Part shown: positions 57,339-64,000 of the stretch, one piece after another | How the letters are laid out: each line of letters starts with the position of its first letter | How positions within the stretch are numbered: position 1 is the stretch's first letter | Assembly: GCA_964477895.1 (NCBI GenBank) | Contig: CAYZFQ010000001.1 | Span: 343,750 to 407,749, forward strand | Length of the DNA stretch: 64,000 nt | Direction of reading: 5' to 3' | Source of the DNA: an uncultured Bacteriovoracaceae bacterium | GTDB taxonomy: Bacteria; Bdellovibrionota; UBA2428 | Position numbers and translations under genes: made by a program | The notes under the pieces: generated by a model | What the model was told of the DNA's origin: nothing | What the model saw: the letters and a program-made list of their open reading frames with translations, nothing else | Databases searched by the model: none

Positions 57339-58508
57339 ATGAAAGCTCTAAAGCAGCTCTTTGCCTTTTTCTTTTTGGTCGTGGCGGCTTTGGGCTTCGT
57401 TTATTTCGGTCCACGAGAATACACTAAAATTCTTACCGACAACTTAGTGTTCAAGGTTTATCTAAAACCCCTTTTTGATCGTTTGGAAGTTTTAAGCGGT
57501 ACACAAAGTGAAATCGTAGGCCTGCTTATAAAGTCGAAGGGAGATATCCAATTTCGCCCGGACACCGAACTTCTTTATAAAAATGCATCGACGGGACAAA
57601 AGTTTTCTCGTCGTACGCTGGTTTCGAGCGCAGGCAAATCTTCTGCGATCATTCGGCTCATCGATGATTCTATGCTTCGTTTGGATGAAAACAGCGTAGT
57701 CCTAATCGATTTGAAGCCCCAGATGGGAAGCAATAATTCAACCCTCACCCTGAAAGTCGTGCAGGGGGCCATGGTGGCTCGCAAAGCTGCGACTTCAAAA
57801 ATGGCCGTGAAAGTTTTGACCACAAAAGGTGTTGAGCGCGAACTAACTGAGGAAAAGCTACAAATTGTGGCTCCCCGAAAAATTCGAAATTCATCGATGG
57901 TGGCGGACGGGCAAGTCTCTGACCTGAGCTTGGAAACTGAAGAATATATCGGCGAACCGGTGCAGGATACTCAAGCCTTGGTCCAGGAACTTGAGGCTAA
58001 AAAACAAACTGAGATCGCCCAGCAAGAAGTTGAAAGAGCCGCTGCCGAAAAGCTTTTAGCGCAGCCGCCCTCTAACTTAGAAAGGGTGCCGGCAACTGTG
58101 GCAAGCTCCCAGGAGCTTGCCACTCCAGAAAAAGAAGCTGAAAGCTTAGTTCCTGATCGAATCATTCCGCGAGTGGTGCGTGAAAGCCAGTTGAGATGGA
58201 AGGCTCCTCCCATCGAGAATCATCTAACGCGCGCGATTTATGCTAAAAAACTCGGGAAAGATAGCGAAGCCCGTCGCTATGTAGCTCTAGCGACTTCCAA
58301 CCCAGGTTTTTTTGAAGACACCTTCAATGATGCCACTAGAATTGCAGCTGAGGGTTTGTTAGATGCTTATGTAGCGGAGTCAAAATGCCAAGTGGTCAAT
58401 GACACCCTTGGAAATATCCAGCGCCGTTATGCTCATGATGCCGCAGCTCGAGAGTGGGCTAGCGGCTGGCGCCTAAAAGCCGAAAAGTCTGGCTGCTCAC
58501 TGCGCTAG
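57339..58508 (+). CDS. FecR-domain membrane-anchored protein with C-terminal helical/TPR-like part
   Basis: N-terminal TM; SSAIIRLIDDSMLRLDENS..LKVVQG FecR-like pattern. Confidence 0.65.
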   Translation: MKALKQLFAFFFLVVAALGFVYFGPREYTKILTDNLVFKVYLKPLFDRLEVLSGTQSEIVGLLIKSKGDIQFRPDTELLYKNASTGQKFSRRTLVSSAGKSSAIIRLIDDSMLRLDENSVVLIDLKPQMGSNNSTLTLKVVQGAMVARKAATSKMAVKVLTTKGVERELTEEKLQIVAPRKIRNSSMVADGQVSDLSLETEEYIGEPVQDTQALVQELEAKKQTEIAQQEVERAAAEKLLAQPPSNLERVPATVASSQELATPEKEAESLVPDRIIPRVVRESQLRWKAPPIENHLTRAIYAKKLGKDSEARRYVALATSNPGFFEDTFNDATRIAAEGLLDAYVAESKCQVVNDTLGNIQRRYAHDAAAREWASGWRLKAEKSGCSLR

Positions 58509-58571
58509 ACCAATACTGCTTCGTTTTTACTCTTCATTGTGAAAAATTCGTTTCCGCCGTAAATTTAAAGC

Positions 58572-59669
58572 ATGTGGTTGAAACTCCTAATGACTTCTTT
58601 TTGTTTTTCACCACTAGTGTTGCACGCCCAGACCGACATTCATAAGTTTCGTTTACAAGAGATCAGCTTTCAGTACACATCCACTTTGCCGGGGGTCGGA
58701 CGCTGTTTACAGTGGCTGCCGCTTGACGAAGACAACGCTCGACCCACCTTGGAATACGACGCTCAGGGGAATCCGTTTCTTCGAGCGAATGTGCGCGCTC
58801 GAGTGAGTGGAGACTGTCGGATAAAAATTGAAAATCAAAGCGCCATGAAGATTCTGGACCGAGAAGGCGAAATCGCCTCCTTTGAGGTTAGAGTATTGCC
58901 ACCGGCAACTCGCGTGGTTGTGAGTGGGAAAGATTTTCGTGACGAGCTTTTGCTAGAAGCCCCAATAAAAAAAATTGAAGAAACAAGTTTCCTAACAGTT
59001 TTTCGCAGATCCCGAGTGGCTTTTGAGACACGCTATGCGCGACTTAGCACCACAAATTCCGTTGCTCAAAAGTCGGCCACTATTTTTCCTGTGTTCGGTG
59101 GAGTATTCGTTTTTCCTCTGTGGGGGAATTTTCACTCTGGCTTTTCCATTTTTAATAATCTCGGTAATCTCAGCTCAAATAAACTCGTAGATGTTCAATA
59201 TAGTGAATTCGCCTTTGATGTGCGTTATTTGTTTCAACCTATTTCGAGAAATCCAGACTCTTTACTTTTGACTCCGGTGTTGGACTATAGGGGGCGAAAT
59301 ATTTATCAGACAAGCTTTACCCGCCCCTTCATTATTGGCTCAGTGGCACTGCCTGGATTTGGTTTTGATCTCCAAAGCTTTCCGTTTTTGAGTGCGAACG
59401 GAACTTCATCCAAGTTGAGGAACTTGGCATTAGACTTTTCGACCCGACTTTATTTAGGGGGAAGGGTGGGCGGCAGACCCTATCGTGCCTACCTTTACGA
59501 CATTGCGGTAGGCTATAAAGTAAATAAGAAATGGGCGCTCAGTTTGGGTTATGCGAGTCTCAACCAACAAGCGACTTTTTCAGGGGTAACAGCGACAAAA
59601 GTGACGGAGAAAATGAGCAGCGTCTTTGCGCGAATCAGCCTCATTCCCTACAGCCGAGGTCCCAAATGA
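58572..59669 (+). CDS. Secreted protein with C-terminal beta-barrel-like region
   Basis: Signal peptide; amphipathic strands in the C-terminal 220 aa. Confidence 0.6.
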   Translation: MWLKLLMTSFCFSPLVLHAQTDIHKFRLQEISFQYTSTLPGVGRCLQWLPLDEDNARPTLEYDAQGNPFLRANVRARVSGDCRIKIENQSAMKILDREGEIASFEVRVLPPATRVVVSGKDFRDELLLEAPIKKIEETSFLTVFRRSRVAFETRYARLSTTNSVAQKSATIFPVFGGVFVFPLWGNFHSGFSIFNNLGNLSSNKLVDVQYSEFAFDVRYLFQPISRNPDSLLLTPVLDYRGRNIYQTSFTRPFIIGSVALPGFGFDLQSFPFLSANGTSSKLRNLALDFSTRLYLGGRVGGRPYRAYLYDIAVGYKVNKKWALSLGYASLNQQATFSGVTATKVTEKMSSVFARISLIPYSRGPK

Positions 59670-60871
59670 TTCTTTTGAAACCTAGGTGTTATTTCCTTCT
59701 TTTAGGCCTAATTTTTGGGGCGCCCACATATGCTCAAGATCGGATAGCTTCTCGAGCCCCAAGGGGAACGTCGACGACTTCTTCCTATGTGCCAGCCCCA
59801 GATACTCCTCAAAGGTTTCGTTCGCAAAAAACCTGGCAAGGCAGTCGGTGGTATGTGTTGGGGCGCCTCTTTGATGCGAATAAAATTCAATGGATCGATG
59901 GAGGGATTTCTGAAATAAAATGGGATTCCCGGACCTGCTCCCCCGCGCGACTGGCGACACTACACCAAAGTAATTTTCAGATTCGTCGTGGCGAAGGCGC
60001 GGGGCTCAATCTGGAAATTCTCAAAAGCCGCGATTGGGTAGCTATAGAGGTGAACCCGGCTTATCTTAAAGAGGAATTTATAGTGAGCGTGGGATCTGCC
60101 GGGCGGGAGAATGCGTGCACGGGCATTGTGGCCATGACCTACATTTGGGATGCGGCTCAGGGAACTACTCAACCCCTCTTTTTCATATCGAAAACAGGCA
60201 ATCGATATTTTGGTAGTGAATTTTTGATCGAGAGCTCCGAATTTGAAGAACGAGCCGATATCCAATTGGATCTCCTGCTGGGTATCTCTCACAATCGCTT
60301 TCCAAATGCGGCGGCGGGAACAAAGTCTTCACTCATTTTCGCTCCCAACGCCATCGCTCGAGGTGAATGGCAGGTGCCTACCTTGCCTCAACTGGGGCTC
60401 ACCCTTGGACTCAGTCAAACGGTAGCCAGCATTGGGGGGGTAGCGAATCAAAACGCTCTCTATTCGGATTGGGCCCTGGGTTTGTTTTACCAAAAGATGT
60501 TGCGTGTGAGAGATGGTTTGCAGCTCCGAGCTTCACTGCGTTTTGCCCAACATTTATCAGACGACAATCAAACTTTGAGCACGATCGCGACTGCTAATAA
60601 AAATGCTCAGTATTTTATTTGGGGCTTTCTCGCCCAGATCTACCACTCTGAGCGTTGGTTAACTGGAGCGGAGTTAAGCTATGGCCTTCCCAATTCAATG
60701 GCGGGCCGAGGTGTGAAGCAGAGTTACATGAGTGCCCTGGCCCGCTTGGGTGTGAGAATGACCACCTCAATGTTTTTGATTTCGGAAGTAGATTATCAAT
60801 CCTTTATGGCGGCCACTTACAACCCCGAGACACAGCTTGCCGTCAATTTGGGCATGCGACTTGAGCTTTGA
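59666..60871 (+). CDS. Outer-membrane beta-barrel-like protein
   Basis: ATGA overlap; signal peptide; strands ending in NLGMRLEL. Confidence 0.6.
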   Translation: MILLKPRCYFLLLGLIFGAPTYAQDRIASRAPRGTSTTSSYVPAPDTPQRFRSQKTWQGSRWYVLGRLFDANKIQWIDGGISEIKWDSRTCSPARLATLHQSNFQIRRGEGAGLNLEILKSRDWVAIEVNPAYLKEEFIVSVGSAGRENACTGIVAMTYIWDAAQGTTQPLFFISKTGNRYFGSEFLIESSEFEERADIQLDLLLGISHNRFPNAAAGTKSSLIFAPNAIARGEWQVPTLPQLGLTLGLSQTVASIGGVANQNALYSDWALGLFYQKMLRVRDGLQLRASLRFAQHLSDDNQTLSTIATANKNAQYFIWGFLAQIYHSERWLTGAELSYGLPNSMAGRGVKQSYMSALARLGVRMTTSMFLISEVDYQSFMAATYNPETQLAVNLGMRLEL

Positions 60872-60875
60872 TTCC

Positions 60876-62615
60876 CTAAAAACTTTGATCGAGGCTCGAA
60901 AAGCCCCTTTGTAACATGCCAAGGACATCTGGGTTTAGGAGGGCGAGATTTTTGAGCTGGGCATGCGAGGCCTCTTTTAGAGATTGTAGACTTAAATCTA
61001 TCAAAGAAAGTTCAAAGATCTCGTAAGTGAGAAGCCAGTCGAGAGGAAATTGCTGCTCAAGTTTTTTTACGATCTTGAAGAGTTCGGAGGCCCGCTCAGC
61101 GACGTGACCGCTTTGGCGAATGTCGCGAACCTGGGAATAGAGCTCGTTTAGTTCGAGATTAGCAGGGGTAAGATTTGTTTTTGCAGAAAGATTTTGTGAT
61201 ACCCCAAGATAGTCGGGGGATATCGGCGCAAAGCGACTGCGGTCAGCGGCATCACCAAATACTGAAATAACTCTTTCCCCGCATGCTAGGTCAAAGGACC
61301 CCCAACTCGGATCAAAGAGCGTTTCCCCACCTAGCGTAACGCGACAATTTTTCAGTTGCACAAATAGGTTTTTCCCGGCGCGTTTGAGGTGCTTTACGTA
61401 AGATCCCTTAACTTCGATGCCGGAGGCAAAAATAAAGTGGGCTTTGCGAAGTTCGGCTTCAGTTAAAGCCGTGAGAGGAGCCGAGAAGTTTTTCAAAGGT
61501 CCCAGTGGAGTGCTGAAACCCATAGGGTGATGTGGGGGGCCTTGGTCAGGTAGTTCATGATCTTCAAAAGAGAGTTGGCAGGGGCCGGAATATTTTAAAA
61601 AGCAGGGGAGGGATTCATGAGTGCGAAAAGATTCCAACATTCCCGAAATTTGCAGCCCACTGTCGAACACCGTTGTGCTGAGGGCTCGTGCAGATCGGGC
61701 GCGTTCAATGGCGATAAGGCCACCCATACGGAACGACATTTTTTGAGAAAGTTCTTCCAAGGCATTCTCGAGAACTTGAAAATCTTGAGCTACAAAAAGT
61801 TGCGGTTGGGGTTTGGTGATGTCAAAATCTTGGCCAATAACCTCCAAGCTAAAGGGAATTTTAGGCACCTGGGGTCCTAAGCAGTGAAAGGACTCTTGTA
61901 CTGAGGATAAAAGACCGGCTCCGTAAATTTTGGGATCTTGCAGATCTCCCACAAGCCCATATTCAAAAGTCCACCATCCCATCCGGGATACCTGGGTCGC
62001 CTCGCTCACAAAAGTTATGGAGTCAATGGCAGCTTTGAGAGCCCTTTCGGCCTGGGCAATCATAGTCGGAGTCGATAACGGATTTTCCTTGATATCAGAG
62101 AGTCTGCGAATGGCATTATATACGGTGAGATCTTCGGAGGAATAAATGGCTTTGCGAGCCAATTCACCATAGCTTCGAAGGTAACGGGCATATTCTGGAT
62201 CAGCCAGAATGGGGGCGTGTCCTGCGGCTTCGTGAACAATATCTGGGGCCGGTGTATAAGCTAAGTGTTCCAGGGTCCGCATCTCGCAGGCAATGGGCAG
62301 CACACCCAAAGCAAAAAATTCCATAAAGGCCCCGGGCGGTATAAATCCACTCACGGGTACGGCGCGCCAACCGAAGCGGCGCAATTTTTCATCAATTTCG
62401 GAAATCAAAGGAATTTGTTCGGTATGAATCCCAGTTTCTTCGAGTCCACGCAGATATTTCTCATGCGCATGGTCTTTAAAAAAATGTTGGGAAAGTTTTA
62501 GAATAAAACGCCATCCCGCATGATCCATGGGGGTGTAGAGTTCAGGGCGTTGAGTCGCAATGTGAATACGTAGATGTGGAGGAATTTCTGAAAAAGCTCC
62601 GCCCGTTTGCTCCAT
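60876..62615 (-). CDS. phhA: Phenylalanine 4-hydroxylase (long form with C-terminal extension)
   Basis: YTPAPDIVHEAAGHAP, WWTFEYGL, YGAGLLSS, DITKPQPQLFV. Confidence 0.9.
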   Translation of the reverse strand: MEQTGGAFSEIPPHLRIHIATQRPELYTPMDHAGWRFILKLSQHFFKDHAHEKYLRGLEETGIHTEQIPLISEIDEKLRRFGWRAVPVSGFIPPGAFMEFFALGVLPIACEMRTLEHLAYTPAPDIVHEAAGHAPILADPEYARYLRSYGELARKAIYSSEDLTVYNAIRRLSDIKENPLSTPTMIAQAERALKAAIDSITFVSEATQVSRMGWWTFEYGLVGDLQDPKIYGAGLLSSVQESFHCLGPQVPKIPFSLEVIGQDFDITKPQPQLFVAQDFQVLENALEELSQKMSFRMGGLIAIERARSARALSTTVFDSGLQISGMLESFRTHESLPCFLKYSGPCQLSFEDHELPDQGPPHHPMGFSTPLGPLKNFSAPLTALTEAELRKAHFIFASGIEVKGSYVKHLKRAGKNLFVQLKNCRVTLGGETLFDPSWGSFDLACGERVISVFGDAADRSRFAPISPDYLGVSQNLSAKTNLTPANLELNELYSQVRDIRQSGHVAERASELFKIVKKLEQQFPLDWLLTYEIFELSLIDLSLQSLKEASHAQLKNLALLNPDVLGMLQRGFSSLDQSF

Positions 62616-62629
62616 ACCACGAGCCTAGC

Positions 62630-63970
62630 TTAAGCAAAGAGAGCAAGCCAATGGCCGAAGTGACGCTTTGCGCGCGTCACAAGCTTTTGTTTCTTTTCTT
62701 TGTCTCGTTCGTCAATGCCGCTGAGCGGAACGAGCCCCCAGTTGATATTCATGGGTTGAAAATTCTTAATTTTGCCGTTTACAATAGCGTGAGCCAGGGC
62801 GCCCAGAGCTGTTGTGGCGGGAGGCAGGGGCACCTCTTCCATTCCCTTTAAACGCCGTCCCAACATTTTTCCCACTAAGGCCCCAATGGCCGTACTTTCC
62901 AAATACCCCTCCACACCAGTGATTTGGCCTGCAAACATTAAATGAGGAAAGCCTTTCAAGCGAAAGTTGCTATCTAGAAGTGCGGGGGAGGAAATATAGG
63001 TGTTGCGATGCAAACTGCCAAAACGATAAAATTCAGCTTGGGCGAGTCCAGGAATTAACGAAAAAACTTTTTTCTGCTCAGAGTATTTAAGTTTGGTTTG
63101 GAAACCCACCATATTCCATGAGCGGCCTTCTGCATCTTCCTTTCGAAGCTGCACCACTGCGTAGGGACGGGAATTGCTACGAGGATCGGACAAGCCGACC
63201 GGTTTCATTGGGCCAAAAGCTAGGGTGCGCCGACCGCGCTCCAATAAGGCCTCGATGGGTTGGCAGCCCTGAAAGTAAATGGCTTTCTCGAAGTCTTGGA
63301 ATTCCACTTTTTCGGCTTTTGCCAGGGCATCGATAAAGGCTTCATATTCCCCCTCGTTGAGGGGGCAATTGAGATAGTCGCCATCGTCACTCGAACCCTC
63401 AGCACCTTTGTCGTGACGATTTTGCATAAAGGCGATGCTGCGATCGATACTTTCACCCGAAATGATAGGTGCAATGGCATCATAAAAATAAAGTTGTTCC
63501 CCGATCACCTTTTTAAGGCTTTGGGCAAGGTCTTTAGCGGTGAGGGGACCTGTCGCTATCACCACAGGTTTCAAGAGGCCTCCTTCGCTGGGAATTAACA
63601 CTTCTTCCAAATGAACAACGGGCTCTCGAATTAAGGTGATGAAGGAGTTTTTTTCGAGTGCCTGAGTAATTTGCTGACTGAATTTATCGCGGTCAACGGC
63701 CAGCGCCTGACCTGCCGGAACCCGATTATCCATGGCTGATTGGAGGACTAAGGAGTGAAGAGCCTCAAGCTCAAATTTGAGTTGGCCAGGTGCGGATTCA
63801 GCATCCAAGGATTTGAGAGAATTGCTACACACAAGTTCGGCGCAAAGGGAACCTGTGTGAGCCTCAGTGCTACGCTGAGGTCGTTGTTCAATAAGGGCTA
63901 CGCGTAAACCCATTTGTGCAAGCTGCCACGCACATTCGGAGCCGGCCAAGCCTGCTCCAACTACGATCAC
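62630..63970 (-). CDS. trmFO: tRNA (uracil-5)-methyltransferase TrmFO (true start may lie beyond the window edge)
   Basis: GAGLAGSE, AELVCSNS, FYDAIAP, FGPMKPVGL, HRNT, AGQITGVEGY, FQPMNIN. Confidence 0.96.
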   Translation of the reverse strand: MIVVGAGLAGSECAWQLAQMGLRVALIEQRPQRSTEAHTGSLCAELVCSNSLKSLDAESAPGQLKFELEALHSLVLQSAMDNRVPAGQALAVDRDKFSQQITQALEKNSFITLIREPVVHLEEVLIPSEGGLLKPVVIATGPLTAKDLAQSLKKVIGEQLYFYDAIAPIISGESIDRSIAFMQNRHDKGAEGSSDDGDYLNCPLNEGEYEAFIDALAKAEKVEFQDFEKAIYFQGCQPIEALLERGRRTLAFGPMKPVGLSDPRSNSRPYAVVQLRKEDAEGRSWNMVGFQTKLKYSEQKKVFSLIPGLAQAEFYRFGSLHRNTYISSPALLDSNFRLKGFPHLMFAGQITGVEGYLESTAIGALVGKMLGRRLKGMEEVPLPPATTALGALAHAIVNGKIKNFQPMNINWGLVPLSGIDERDKEKKQKLVTRAKRHFGHWLALFA

Positions 63971-64000
63971 ATCGGAGGGAGTGGATTTGAGCTGGCCGTG

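Noticed and set aside
1782-63598. Numerous 60-180 aa ORFs antisense to or nested in the called genes
   Set aside because: Shadow ORFs of well-supported genes, with no motifs or start signals

Overview
Bacterial chromosomal window, most likely from a Bdellovibrionota-like predator. This is inferred from two short (275/277 aa) flagellins, a Tad/Flp pilus locus ending in an RHS-repeat gene and a small disordered secreted protein (the layout of the B. bacteriovorus hit locus), and many secreted hypothetical proteins. Housekeeping blocks: lepA-pyrB-carA-orf-carB-greA-recG, tatA, an lptC/lptA-like fusion, rarD, suhB-ansA-CBS, rsmH-ftsL-ftsI-murE, asnS, gltA, phhA and trmFO. Best candidates for undescribed biology: (1) two divergent paralogous 39/46-aa hydrophobic-basic peptide genes (484-1110) whose predicted mRNAs have an occluded SD, 5'-3' fold-back pairing and a shared antisense extended -10, resembling a type I toxin-antitoxin family, with a third truncated copy at 13.5 kb; (2) a cluster of secreted putative hydrolases (Cys/His amidase plus possible immunity protein, HEXXH metalloprotease, lytic transglycosylase-like protein) between murE and the Tad locus, sharing an 11-bp-periodic operator and leaderless promoters; (3) a three-gene operon of large secreted proteins with internal hydrophobic hairpins converging on the hit-like locus. 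Also seen: six sigma28-type promoters, many apparently leaderless genes, a RAYT-type tyrosine transposase with a candidate REP, and mirror-image G/C skew flanking two accessory inserts. No rRNA, tRNA or CRISPR array was recognised. All calls come from reading motifs by eye; no database search was run.
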